A DNA stretch of 33,191 bases from Alphaproteobacteria bacterium. GTDB lineage: Bacteria; Pseudomonadota; Alphaproteobacteria; Micavibrionales; Micavibrionaceae. The notes under the pieces are model-generated. The model saw only the letters and a list, made by a program, of their open reading frames with translations, had not been told where the DNA came from and ran no database searches. The position numbers were made by a program, and so were the translations under genes. How positions within the stretch are numbered: the stretch's first letter is position 1; each line of letters opens with the position of its first letter. Where the stretch lies: contig JAGLKL010000001.1 in the NCBI GenBank assembly GCA_023141075.1, positions 1-33,191 of the forward strand, in the 5' to 3' direction. Shown here in pieces: positions 1 to 8,982 of this stretch.

Positions 1-915
1 GGGTATCTGGATGCCTTAAAAAACGGCGAGGTTGTGGCAAACGGTAAAATATCGTTTATTCGTGACAATCAAAATCTCTGTGTTGCTGACGGAAAACAAG
101 GGTTAGGGCAAGTTCTTATGCCTGAATTTTTGGATATTTTATCCAAAAAAGTATCTGAAATTGGTGTTGTCACCGGAACAATGCGCAACTGTGGTCATAT
201 TGGAAGATTAGGAGAATGGGCGGAAAATATTGCAAAAAGGGGTTTTGCCGGATTTGTTACAGTGAATGATAATGGTGCTTTACAATGTGTTGCACCACCT
301 GATGGAAAAGAAGCATGTACAAGTACAAATCCCATAGCTTTCGCCATCCCAACATCTGATGACGAACCGTTCATATTGGATATATCTACGAGCGCGGCTG
401 CAATTGGAAAAATAAGATTATCTCATATTTCCGGTGAGGACTGTGCCCCATATCTGATCCAAGATTCTAAAGGTAAAATGACAACAAATCCGGCAATTCT
501 CTTTGAAGAGCCAAAAGGTGCTCTTATGCCAATGGGTGGTGAGCAAGGGTATAAGGGCTTTGGAATTTCCATGTTTATTGATCTTTTGGTAGCGGGGCTG
601 TCTGGTGGTTTTACACCGCCCGCACCGGAAGGTACGCCACTCCTTAATAATGTTCTCGTTGTAATGTGGAATCCTGAATCATTTTCAGGGCTAGATCATA
701 TGCAAAAGCAAGCACAGAAATATGTACAACACGTAAGGAATGTATCTCCAAAAACACCGGATAAGCCTGTTCGAATAGCTGGAGAGAAATCCAGAAAAGA
801 AAAAAACATTCGAATGAAACAGGGCATTCCGCTTAGTGCCGGGTCATGTCAGCAATTAGCTTTTAAAGCTAAAGATTTAAATATTGCTGTTCCTCAAGAA
901 CTCATTTCAAAATAA
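1..915 (+). CDS. Ldh_2-family (malate/L-lactate/ureidoglycolate dehydrogenase-type) oxidoreductase, 5' end outside the window
   Basis: Frame 1 is open from base 1 (GYLDALKNGEVV precedes the tracked GTG at 34) to TAA at 913-915. Family-typical segments are NCGHIGRLGEWAE, STNPIAFAIP, SAAAIGKI and PMGGEQGYKGFGISMFIDLL. Confidence 0.7.
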   Translation, partial: GYLDALKNGEVVANGKISFIRDNQNLCVADGKQGLGQVLMPEFLDILSKKVSEIGVVTGTMRNCGHIGRLGEWAENIAKRGFAGFVTVNDNGALQCVAPPDGKEACTSTNPIAFAIPTSDDEPFILDISTSAAAIGKIRLSHISGEDCAPYLIQDSKGKMTTNPAILFEEPKGALMPMGGEQGYKGFGISMFIDLLVAGLSGGFTPPAPEGTPLLNNVLVVMWNPESFSGLDHMQKQAQKYVQHVRNVSPKTPDKPVRIAGEKSRKEKNIRMKQGIPLSAGSCQQLAFKAKDLNIAVPQELISK

Positions 916-976
916 CCTATTCTCCAAAATTTTCTACCTCTCATACCCATTAATTTGGGAGGATTACCCTACCAAT

Positions 977-1001
977 GCTATGGGTTTAGACTCTAATAAG
1001 C
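977..1001 (+). repeat. Motif C copy (GCTATGGGTTTAGACTCTAATAAGC), degenerate at one core base
   Basis: Shares GCTATGGGTTTAGAC.CTAA with the reverse strand of 13779-13800, and the GTTTAGAC core with 24524-24545 and 27835-27854. It lies in the convergent spacer and overlaps the stop codon of the Tas-like gene. Confidence 0.7.
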
Positions 1002-2033
1002 CATTGGAAACTTCTTGCGCAAAGCGGCGATGTCGTTAATACATGCCTGAGACAGCGTAATATCGATCGAAGCAATGTCAGATTTAAGCTGCTCCATCGA
1101 GGTGGCACCGATGATATTGACCGTAACAAAGGGCTGCATATTCACAAAGGCCAGTGCCATCTGACACACATCCAGCCCGTGTTTCTCCGCCACAGCTATA
1201 TAAGCACGCACAGCGTCATTGGCTTGCGGCGTATCGCGATGAAGAGGGCGCTTATCTATCGCCCAGCGTGTGCCCGGCGGGCGGACACCATCCAGATATT
1301 TGCCGCTAATCATCCCTCCCCCCAAAGGCGAGTAGGCTAGCAGGCTAATATCTTCACTTAAAGCAATCTCTGCCATATCAGGTTCAAACAAACGATAGAG
1401 TAGGGAATACTCATTTTGAATGGAAACCATACGCGGTAAACCATGTTTTTCGGATAGCTGCAAATATTTCATTGCGCCCCATGCCGATTCATTCGAAAGA
1501 CCTGCATGTCGGATTTTCCCGTCTTTGACTAGTTCATCAAGCGTTTCCAAAACTTCAAAAAAGTTTTCCTCTTGCTCTTTTGCTGAAAAGTTAGGGTTAT
1601 ACCCCCAATATTGCCCGAAATGATAAAATTCACGGTTTGGCCAGTGAAGCTGATACAAATCAATATAATCGGTCTGCAGGCGTTTTAGCGACCCTTCTAC
1701 TGCCTCAAGGATATTTTTACGGTCAATTTTGCTCTTGCCTTCGCGCACCCAAGGTATGCCTGACCCGACAACTTTTGAAGCCAGAATAATATCTTGCCGT
1801 TTTCCGGTTTTTGCAAACCATTCACCGATAATCGTTTCCGTCTTACCGTAGGTTTCAGGTGTAGGAGGTACCGCGTACATCTCTGCGGTGTCAAAAAAAT
1901 TGATTCCCTGCTCAACAGAGTAATCCATCTGGGAGTGAGCTTCTTCAAGGGTGTTTTGCCGCCCCCATGTCATAGTGCCCAAACAAATCAGACTAACGTC
2001 CAGATCGGTTCGACCAAGCTTTTTATATTTCAT
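993..2033 (-). CDS. tas: NADP(H)-dependent aldo-keto reductase, Tas-like
   Basis: The 346-aa ORF has the same length as E. coli Tas and is collinear with it as I remember it: LGTMTWG, GINFFDTAEMY, LQTDYIDLYQLHWP, GKIRHAGLSNE, LLAYSPLGGG, QMALAF. Confidence 0.8.
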   Translation of the reverse strand: MKYKKLGRTDLDVSLICLGTMTWGRQNTLEEAHSQMDYSVEQGINFFDTAEMYAVPPTPETYGKTETIIGEWFAKTGKRQDIILASKVVGSGIPWVREGKSKIDRKNILEAVEGSLKRLQTDYIDLYQLHWPNREFYHFGQYWGYNPNFSAKEQEENFFEVLETLDELVKDGKIRHAGLSNESAWGAMKYLQLSEKHGLPRMVSIQNEYSLLYRLFEPDMAEIALSEDISLLAYSPLGGGMISGKYLDGVRPPGTRWAIDKRPLHRDTPQANDAVRAYIAVAEKHGLDVCQMALAFVNMQPFVTVNIIGATSMEQLKSDIASIDITLSQACINDIAALRKKFPMAY

Positions 2034-2057
2034 ATCTATATTTCAACCGTGTTTTGA

Positions 2058-2087
2058 CTATTCTTAAGTGAAACTACTACACTATAA
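2058..2087 (+). repeat. Motif A copy (CTATTCTTAAGTGAAACTACTACACTATAA)
   Basis: 20/21 identical to 24612-24632 over TATTCTTAAGTGRAACTACTA. It ends one base 3' of the orf197 stop codon and lies 25-54 nt upstream of the tas start. Confidence 0.8.
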
Positions 2088-2088
2088 A

Positions 2089-2682
2089 TTAATGCGATTT
2101 CTTTTCAGGATCGATCTTAATTTTTCTATACGACTCAGGATCAAATTGAAGGTCTGCCAAACTGTCAGGCAGTGGTACCGGGTAGTTTTTAACCAACGGA
2201 AAGGCAACAAAATAAGGCATGGCATTGTTCAGGAAAGCAAGCTGCTCAGGACCTACAGTTACTTTATTAAACTTCAATTCTGTAACTCTTGGTAGATTAA
2301 CATTTGTATTCGGATCGGGAAAAAATTCAACCCTGCAAATGAACGGCTCCATCCGGTATCCTCCAAAAGCATCTGTATGTGTGTACCACAACTTCATCGC
2401 GCCATCACGCTTGATCTTCATCTCGCTGACATAAAGTGAGTAAGGATAGGTAATATGGAGTTCCAGCAGTGTATGGCATATTCCATATTCAGCAGAAGCT
2501 TTAAAGGGTTTAAACAAAAACCACGTAGAATACGAAAAGAATAAAAGAATAATCGCCAGAAGCGAGCGCTTAATAAATTTTTTGCGTTGATGCTTTTTCT
2601 TTTTCTTAAGTTTTTCGGCGAGGCTAATTTTAGGCTCGTCTTCAATAATCGTCTGTTGTGCAATTTCTTTTTTCTGATCCAT
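2089..2682 (-). CDS. Hypothetical single-pass membrane protein encoded immediately downstream of dotO
   Basis: 197-aa ORF that starts 20 nt after the dotO stop. It has a Lys-rich N-terminus (KKKKKHQRKKFIKR), one hydrophobic helix (SLLAIILLFFSYSTWFLF) and a soluble domain of about 140 aa. No family recognised. Confidence 0.55.
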   Translation of the reverse strand: MDQKKEIAQQTIIEDEPKISLAEKLKKKKKHQRKKFIKRSLLAIILLFFSYSTWFLFKPFKASAEYGICHTLLELHITYPYSLYVSEMKIKRDGAMKLWYTHTDAFGGYRMEPFICRVEFFPDPNTNVNLPRVTELKFNKVTVGPEQLAFLNNAMPYFVAFPLVKNYPVPLPDSLADLQFDPESYRKIKIDPEKKSH

Positions 2683-2702
2683 TGTCTTAATAAGCCGGTT
2701 AA

Positions 2703-5700
2703 CTATGAGACACGTAATTTTATTCGCTTGGCGTCTTCATGTTCCTGAGACGCTTTACTTTCGATGACAAGTTCGTCAACAATTTTTGCAATCACACCAC
2801 TAATCATTGATTGCCGGGAATCTCCGTCTTCACTATTTGCCAAGACGCGGCGACGAATTTCGTTACGCGCACTACCGCCGGGATATTTCATTGCCAGCAT
2901 CTGCCGGGCCCGGGCTGCGCCCAATATCGAATAAAGACGGTTACGGATAGAGACGTCTTCAGCTGAAGTAGAGAACGCCCACAGCTCAATAGGACCGAGT
3001 GTGTTATAAATATGCTGCTCGTAACGTCCCGATGTCGAACCGATCACGACCAGTGCCGGTGCTCCGATTGATTTCGGACCGGTCAACTTATAACGCATAA
3101 CATGACGCGCAGTATTGGACAGACCAAAGCGCTCGACCACATCTTGTACGGCTTTATCGGAAATCGCCGTACCCAAAATCCAAACACCGGTTGCCAGATC
3201 AACCATGTCTTTATCAAAGTCGTCAATAAGCTGGGAGGTTAAAACGATTTGCACACCGCGTTTCCGTCCTTCACGCACGTCCCGGATAACCTGTGCACGC
3301 ACGGCCTTAGATTTACTGGTACGGTGAAACTCATCAAAGTTCATACGTTTTGGAGTCTCTGTAATATCCTGCAATCGCAATTCATGGTATTCGCGGAACT
3401 TCTCGGGGACATTTTGCAATGTATCGACACTCATCCACCACGAACGCACAAGAGCATGGCGTGCCAGCATGTACATAATAGACGTTTGCCGGTCAGCCGC
3501 TTCGTCCCCTTGTGGTGCCACGTCCATTAAATCCAGAGAACAGAGCCGTGTATCGGCAATATCAAACTGTGTTACCGAAGACAAAATAGGGTATTCACGA
3601 ATAGCTGAGGTAATCATCCTCTCAAATGCACCGACTACACTTTCCGCGCTTACACCCACCGAAGTTTCTTCGAGAAGCGTACGGATTTGTGGTCTCCTGG
3701 CAGCCGTAATCGAGTCGTTCAAAGTCGGTACAGCATGGCGCTGCGCCAGATTGGCTAAGTGCGGCTGGTCAAGTTCAAACATTTTATCAACAATATCCCA
3801 CCAGAATGGATCAAACGGCAAGTGGATATTAAATTTTTGGATGGCAGCATCAATCTCCGTTTCAAGACGAGGCAGGTAAGGACGCGCTTCGGCATTTGAC
3901 GACGCGTCATCACGCCAGCGATACATCTCATCAACTACGAGACCACAAAGCTGTTGCATACCGTCATAGGGCTTATCATAGCCTGGTGGTGTGGTAAGTA
4001 AGGTCATAAGCTCGACCAGAAAGCTACGCTCGTCAAGAAGCGGGTAGCGGCATCCAAGCTGTGTATCAAATGGGTTAATCGCATATTGGTGTGCCATTTG
4101 CAGGCGATAATAATTAGCAAGATATTGTTTGCTCAGGGGCAAGGCCTCCTTAATGAGGGAAATCAATCCGGAGGAAGAAGGGCCAATGTCAATCACCGCA
4201 ACATAAGGCAGGTTGCTCAAACCTGGTGTGATACAGGTTCCGAAATTAAGCGTGTTCAAAAGCACGGACTTACCACCGCCAGGTTGCGCAAAAATCAGGT
4301 CGAACCACGTCGTTGTCAAAGTTGTTCCTGTTTGATACGGCCATATTTTTCCGTCAGGTGTCCTGAAAATCATTGCCCCCGTTTCAAACGGACTGGACGG
4401 ACGCTGCCACGGCAACAGACGCATAATATCGATCATCGGTGCTATACCTGATGGTGCAGTGCCTCCGCAATGAATCCCCATTGCCGAAGACATGACACAA
4501 TCCAGAGGATCTCCAGAGTGTTCACTCACTTGGCAATAACCCCAACTCTCAAAAGACTGTAAAAGAACGGAAAGCTGATCCAGAATTTTTTCTTTTTCGT
4601 CAATTTTGCACCAGGTAGCAAAAGAAATACGGACTTTCACCACAGGTTCACTACGACCAAGCGCGACCAAGTTTTCCAGTGAATACTTAATAGGCTTGTT
4701 ACCGGCATTTGTCGGCCCCAGAATCGTTGCACCAAATGTCCTAAACGCAATAGCTGAAGCGCCCCCTCCTTCAATCAGAAAAGAAATACGGAATGGAATA
4801 TCGGCCTCAACAAGACGATTCAAAAATACCGGGAACGGAGTAGGATCCATAGGGCCAAGAGTCATATCCGCACCCGCCCATAGCAGATTGCCAATACGCA
4901 CGACGGATTTACCCAGAACTTTGGCATCAGCAGCGGTAATCTGATTAGGCAGGCTCGGCCATAAAATATCAGACATATCAACCGCACTTTGTGGTGCGCG
5001 CGGCGGAATAGGATCACCCGGCAGACAGGCACGCCATTTTTTGTTGGCCCGGTCGGGGAAGAGGTTACAGCGAATAGAATTCAAGGCCTCATGTACTTCA
5101 AGAAGCTGACATTCAATGTTCAACTCATCAAAAGCAGTCATCATCGCGCCAATAAAACTTTTATGCCGGGTTTTGAGCGGTTCCAGAACACCGTACGGAT
5201 ATTGTGACCCGGCTGCCGGAACCCAGTTTTTACCCTCTTCTTTCGCATTCTTACCTGCACGCTTAACTTCGCTTTTGGTCAGAGCCGACGGACGGGTCCA
5301 TAAAACAAAATATTGCTCTTCATGTGTGAGAAATTTTTCGAGGTGTGAAATTTTTTCTTCAAACAAATCATTCAGATCTATGCCGATCATCTCGGCGCTC
5401 TGACGGCTGGGTTTAAGCTGATCCTCCAGTACTTGTCTAATGCGCGAAGGGTCGCGCACAAAATATACTTGCATCGCGTGGCCAAGGCGATCAAAACGCG
5501 CCCCGATTTTAATGTTGGAGGTCTCAACAATATTTTTGTATTCTTCGTCACCAATAATCTGTTTACTGCCATAAACGCGCACATAAGACACTAAAGAGCC
5601 TTCTGTCGCAACAAGCGTTGTTTCATTTTGCGCAGTTTCCAAACGGATGAAAGAGGAGACGGTAAAGCGCATCGCTTTTTGAAATGGGGCTGTTAATTTA

Positions 5701-5714
5701 TCGATGAGTTTCAT
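2703..5714 (-). CDS. dotO: Dot/Icm T4BSS ATPase DotO/IcmB (TraU-like, VirB4-class)
   Basis: 1003 aa, close to the roughly 1000 aa of Legionella IcmB. Walker A FAQPGGGKSVLLNTLNF, followed by VAVIDIGPSSSG. Sits directly after the icmJ-like gene, as in known Dot/Icm loci. Confidence 0.9.
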   Translation of the reverse strand: MKLIDKLTAPFQKAMRFTVSSFIRLETAQNETTLVATEGSLVSYVRVYGSKQIIGDEEYKNIVETSNIKIGARFDRLGHAMQVYFVRDPSRIRQVLEDQLKPSRQSAEMIGIDLNDLFEEKISHLEKFLTHEEQYFVLWTRPSALTKSEVKRAGKNAKEEGKNWVPAAGSQYPYGVLEPLKTRHKSFIGAMMTAFDELNIECQLLEVHEALNSIRCNLFPDRANKKWRACLPGDPIPPRAPQSAVDMSDILWPSLPNQITAADAKVLGKSVVRIGNLLWAGADMTLGPMDPTPFPVFLNRLVEADIPFRISFLIEGGGASAIAFRTFGATILGPTNAGNKPIKYSLENLVALGRSEPVVKVRISFATWCKIDEKEKILDQLSVLLQSFESWGYCQVSEHSGDPLDCVMSSAMGIHCGGTAPSGIAPMIDIMRLLPWQRPSSPFETGAMIFRTPDGKIWPYQTGTTLTTTWFDLIFAQPGGGKSVLLNTLNFGTCITPGLSNLPYVAVIDIGPSSSGLISLIKEALPLSKQYLANYYRLQMAHQYAINPFDTQLGCRYPLLDERSFLVELMTLLTTPPGYDKPYDGMQQLCGLVVDEMYRWRDDASSNAEARPYLPRLETEIDAAIQKFNIHLPFDPFWWDIVDKMFELDQPHLANLAQRHAVPTLNDSITAARRPQIRTLLEETSVGVSAESVVGAFERMITSAIREYPILSSVTQFDIADTRLCSLDLMDVAPQGDEAADRQTSIMYMLARHALVRSWWMSVDTLQNVPEKFREYHELRLQDITETPKRMNFDEFHRTSKSKAVRAQVIRDVREGRKRGVQIVLTSQLIDDFDKDMVDLATGVWILGTAISDKAVQDVVERFGLSNTARHVMRYKLTGPKSIGAPALVVIGSTSGRYEQHIYNTLGPIELWAFSTSAEDVSIRNRLYSILGAARARQMLAMKYPGGSARNEIRRRVLANSEDGDSRQSMISGVIAKIVDELVIESKASQEHEDAKRIKLRVS

Positions 5715-5807
5715 ATTACGATACGGTTATCTCGCTCACTAAAAAATTTCGACAAAAGAGTCTAACGTATAATCAAATAAATTCATACAGCAGAATTAGA
5801 GCAATCT

Positions 5808-5838
5808 ACTATAGAAACCAGTTACAGGCTTATTTCAA
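5808..5838 (-). promoter_or_regulatory. Candidate sigma70-type promoter for dotO (TTGAAA-N19-TATAGT on the minus strand)
   Basis: The minus strand reads CCCGATTGAAATAAGCCTGTAACTGGTTTCTATAGTAGATTGC, about 95 nt upstream of the dotO ATG. The spacer is longer than optimal. Confidence 0.3.
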
Positions 5839-5990
5839 TCGGGGTAAAGACATTATCATTTTACACCTAAATTACACCAGAAAAACGCTCACGCCAATAT
5901 TGCAAGAATACCATTACAAAGAATACACAAAAAATTCCAGCACAAAAAGCACCGAAAGCATCAAAAAGACCAATTCTAAGAGATTTGGAA

Positions 5991-6017
5991 GGTTATAGTA
6001 GTTTCATTTAAGAATAA
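5991..6017 (-). repeat. Motif A copy (minus strand: TTATTCTTAAATGAAACTACTATAACC)
   Basis: Reverse complement matches 24611-24636 with 2 mismatches over 24 nt. It abuts the dotN stop codon at 6018-6020. Confidence 0.8.
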
Positions 6018-6752
6018 TCAAGCCGTTTCTAAAACCTGATGATATATATCGAACCATTTTTGTGGTGTTTTACCGCCAAAAGGCCCATCTTTTGAACGCC
6101 AGTAAGCCAGAATCTGAGGAAACTGGTTAAACTCCAGATCCGCTTCTTTAATGATACGTCGGTCAAGCGGGAATAAACGCACGCCGGCTATTTTTTTGTC
6201 ACGGTTGTGATAATGGCGGTTTGTAAGATAATCCTGCAACACCATAGCCAGAATATACGGATCATCAGTACCGATACGTGTCCTAACTTCTTCACGGCGC
6301 TGCATGAGCGTATCAAGGGACTTACGTGCGGCATCGGCCATAGAACCCTGAGAAATACGTGCTACATATATCGCACGTGCAATATGGTGTAAATCAGCCT
6401 GTGATACTTCCGGGAGCCATAGTAAAACGCCGGATCGCATAACACTGACCTTATCAAGGTTGAAGCATTGGTGACAAAAAATGCAGGTTGTTTTCAGGTT
6501 ACCTTCTGACAGATCATTATGATCACCGTCTACGAAGAGAACTTCCTGATATTTTTTGGACTTAAAACCGCAGCACTGACATGTGTCATTGTCACGGGAG
6601 AAGATCTTTTGTTTCAATTCTTTGGTTAATATTTTACCTTCGGCAGAAACAGAAGAGGCGGAGCCAGATTTGCTGGCTCCGCTTTTTATTTGTCCGACTC
6701 CTAGGCGCTGCCTTGGGAGTCCTAGTGATATGGATAATAGTTCCACAGTCAC
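6018..6752 (-). CDS. dotN: DotN/IcmJ-like zinc-binding T4BSS protein
   Basis: 244 aa. The Cys pairs CQCCGF and CIFCHQC flank DGDHNDLSEGNL. The gene lies between icmD and icmB exactly as icmJ does in Legionella. Confidence 0.7.
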   Translation of the reverse strand: MTVELLSISLGLPRQRLGVGQIKSGASKSGSASSVSAEGKILTKELKQKIFSRDNDTCQCCGFKSKKYQEVLFVDGDHNDLSEGNLKTTCIFCHQCFNLDKVSVMRSGVLLWLPEVSQADLHHIARAIYVARISQGSMADAARKSLDTLMQRREEVRTRIGTDDPYILAMVLQDYLTNRHYHNRDKKIAGVRLFPLDRRIIKEADLEFNQFPQILAYWRSKDGPFGGKTPQKWFDIYHQVLETA

Positions 6753-6770
6753 CTTTTTCTGCGTTAGGTA

Positions 6771-7160
6771 TTAGATAGTACCGAAAGTTACAGAGCGAAG
6801 ATTCGCTGAAGAAGCACCTGAACCTGTGTCTGCAGTGTTCAGTGTTTCTGTCATAGCTTCGAGTAAGATCGGAAGACCGAACAACATACCACCTGCCATC
6901 AGGCGAATAGCGCCGTCTTTCAAAGGTGTTTGTGATGGGTTTTCAACGTGATCTTTAATTTTCATCACACCAAGAACAGCAAGAAGCAAACCAGCAAGGT
7001 ACGCAATAGCCGCGATCAAGCCAGGTAGAGATGCGATGGATGTGTTGATACTATTAGCAATGGAACCAAAGTTGTTAGCAGCATGTGCATTACCTGCCAG
7101 CATTCCAACGGTCATTGCCGCACCCATAGTGTAGTATGTAGTTTTTGATTTTTTGAACAT
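6771..7160 (-). CDS. dotP: IcmD/DotP small inner-membrane T4BSS protein
   Basis: 129 aa with signal-like N-terminus and the module SLPGLIAAIAYLAGLLLAVLGVMKIKDHVENPSQTPLKDGAIRLMAGGMLFGLPILLEA. Strong RBS GGAGG 6 nt upstream of the ATG. Synteny supports the call. Confidence 0.8.
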   Translation of the reverse strand: MFKKSKTTYYTMGAAMTVGMLAGNAHAANNFGSIANSINTSIASLPGLIAAIAYLAGLLLAVLGVMKIKDHVENPSQTPLKDGAIRLMAGGMLFGLPILLEAMTETLNTADTGSGASSANLRSVTFGTI

Positions 7161-7197
7161 TAACGTTCCTCCTCATTATCAATTTAGTAATTTACCT

Positions 7198-7227
7198 ACT
7201 ATATCAAGCCTAGCACCTTTGCCATAA
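7198..7227 (-). promoter_or_regulatory. Candidate extended -10 promoter for dotP (TGATATAGT)
   Basis: The minus strand reads TTATGGCAAAGGTGCTAGGCTTGATATAGTAGG, about 40 nt upstream of the dotP ATG. The -35 element is weak. Confidence 0.3.
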
Positions 7228-7332
7228 AGTTGCCACATTTTTTTTCACAAAAAATGAAAAAAATGTAACTACCTAAAAAAACACGAAAATAATCAGGGAA
7301 ATAGCAAGAAAAGCACTTATGTTTTTCTTTTT

Positions 7333-8982
7333 TTACAGACCAAAGCTCACGCCAAAAGCTGTGATACCTAATGTTTCTTGGATAGAGTTAAGTAATGGCC
7401 CCATATTCACTGCTAACGCACCACCTATCAGGTGGGTCATACCGGCCATTGTCGAGGCATTTCCTTTACCTTCAGCAACGTCACGCATAATAAACAGGCC
7501 ACGCACGAAACTGATCATCCCTAAAACAATCAGGAACTGCAAAACAGCGGATATAACGTTGTGTATTGCCTCTATTTCTGCCGGAGCCATACCGCCTGTA
7601 AACTGCAGAGTAGCCCACGTATATGTGACTGGGCTGACAAACATCGACGAAGAAAACGCACGTAAAAGGGTAGATGCCGATAAAAGCATACCGCCAATGA
7701 CAAATGTTCCGAATGTTCCTATGCCTCCAGGACCACGCGCACCTTCCTGCGAGGACTTAATAAGTCTTGAAATACCGATCATAATAAAGATCGTACCAGC
7801 CATAAAGGAGAAGAAATTCAAGGCTACGTGCGCAGGTCCCATAATATCGAGCATGAAACAGCCCATAGCTTCATCAAGCGAGTTTGCCCCCAATCCACAA
7901 CCTGGTCCAATTGTCGAGTTAAACCCGGTATTGGTAGTAAACATAGTCACTCCCATAAGGATGGGAGTCAAGAAGGATGACTGAAGAACTGTTATTAGAT
8001 AAGGCAAGGAGAAGAAACAACCACCGGCCAGCAAGCGCATCACGCCTTCACTAACAGCTGTACGCGAAGGTTCGATTACATGATCTCTTATCTTCAAAAC
8101 ACCCCACACGCCCAATACCAGACCCATCAAATAAGATATGGAATTGAGGAAAACAGGCATGGCACTGGAAGTAAGCAAACTATTACAAATTACCGCGCCA
8201 AGAGTGTCTCCAAGCCCCAAGAATATACCCAGACACTCAAAATTAGATGTTTCCGTAGAATAAAGGAAACCGGTTCCGGCAAAGATAGCGGTAATTGTGC
8301 CCAAAAACCCCATACCCGTACCGAAAATGGTGGTATACATGGCGTCAAAGACAGTCGGCATAGCAAATAAGGCACCGGCCGTCAGATAGCGGATGACAGC
8401 GTCTTTCAACGGAACCCTGCTTGGATCTTCGACATGATCACGTGTTTTATACAAAGCCGATACCGATATCACTATACCGAGTAAATAACCGACAGCCGCG
8501 ACCAAGCCCGGCATTCCCTCGACGGAAGCCATGATTTGACCAAGTATGGAGTTGAAGGTTATTCCCACCCATGTTGTTAAGGTCATTGTACCGAGAAACG
8601 CCCAAAACGTTATGAAGGTGTGTGCATTGTCATTAGAAATCGGGTCAAAGTCCGTTTCTGCACCCGGGCCGTTAATGGTAACCCAAGCAGCTTCAAAAAT
8701 AATAGGTAGGCCAAACAGGGCACCGGCCAAAAGATAGCGTATCACAGGGACACTAAGTGGCGTCTGTGTCGGACTATTAACATGATCAACTGTTTTAAAA
8801 ATAGCTATTACTGCGACAATCAGGCCACCTAAATAACATAAAGCAGCAAGAAGACCGGGAAGAGAAGCGGCACTGTCAACTATATTTTGACCAACATCGT
8901 CAACCGTCTGAGCATAACCAAGCTTAGAGAAGAGTAGAACAAAAAACACTCCAAATATAAGTGAATATAGGCTCTTTTTCAT
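7333..8982 (-). CDS. IcmC/DotE-like polytopic membrane protein made of five tandem IcmD/IcmC-type modules
   Basis: Start chosen at the ATG at 8982 (MKKSLYSLIFGVFFVLLFSKLGYA, a signal-like sequence) because AAGGAG lies 9 nt upstream. Three modules closely resemble IcmD (KTVDHVNSPTQTPL, KTRDHVEDPSRVPL, KIRDHVIEPSRTAV, each between two hydrophobic helices). Two further modules are more divergent. Confidence 0.75.
   Translation of the reverse strand: MKKSLYSLIFGVFFVLLFSKLGYAQTVDDVGQNIVDSAASLPGLLAALCYLGGLIVAVIAIFKTVDHVNSPTQTPLSVPVIRYLLAGALFGLPIIFEAAWVTINGPGAETDFDPISNDNAHTFITFWAFLGTMTLTTWVGITFNSILGQIMASVEGMPGLVAAVGYLLGIVISVSALYKTRDHVEDPSRVPLKDAVIRYLTAGALFAMPTVFDAMYTTIFGTGMGFLGTITAIFAGTGFLYSTETSNFECLGIFLGLGDTLGAVICNSLLTSSAMPVFLNSISYLMGLVLGVWGVLKIRDHVIEPSRTAVSEGVMRLLAGGCFFSLPYLITVLQSSFLTPILMGVTMFTTNTGFNSTIGPGCGLGANSLDEAMGCFMLDIMGPAHVALNFFSFMAGTIFIMIGISRLIKSSQEGARGPGGIGTFGTFVIGGMLLSASTLLRAFSSSMFVSPVTYTWATLQFTGGMAPAEIEAIHNVISAVLQFLIVLGMISFVRGLFIMRDVAEGKGNASTMAGMTHLIGGALAVNMGPLLNSIQETLGITAFGVSFGL

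Noticed and set aside
5914-5961. 15-codon hydrophobic mini-ORF (MLSVLFVLEFFVYSL) on the minus strand in the dotN-dotO spacer
   Set aside because: It is too short, no RBS was seen, and nothing distinguishes it from chance in AT-rich DNA. It is worth revisiting only if ribosome profiling shows occupancy.
6018-6752. HNH endonuclease reading of the Cys/His/Asn-rich segment (CQCCGF...DGDHNDLSEGNLKTTCIFCHQC)
   Set aside because: The position between icmD and icmB, and the known Cys-coordinated zinc site of DotN/IcmJ, explain the motif. There is no reason to call a nuclease.
7319-7984. 221-aa plus-strand ORF overlapping the IcmC-like gene
   Set aside because: It is entirely antisense to a gene with clear repeated IcmD-type modules. 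The composition is low-complexity and Pro/Ile-rich, with no RBS, so it is a shadow ORF.
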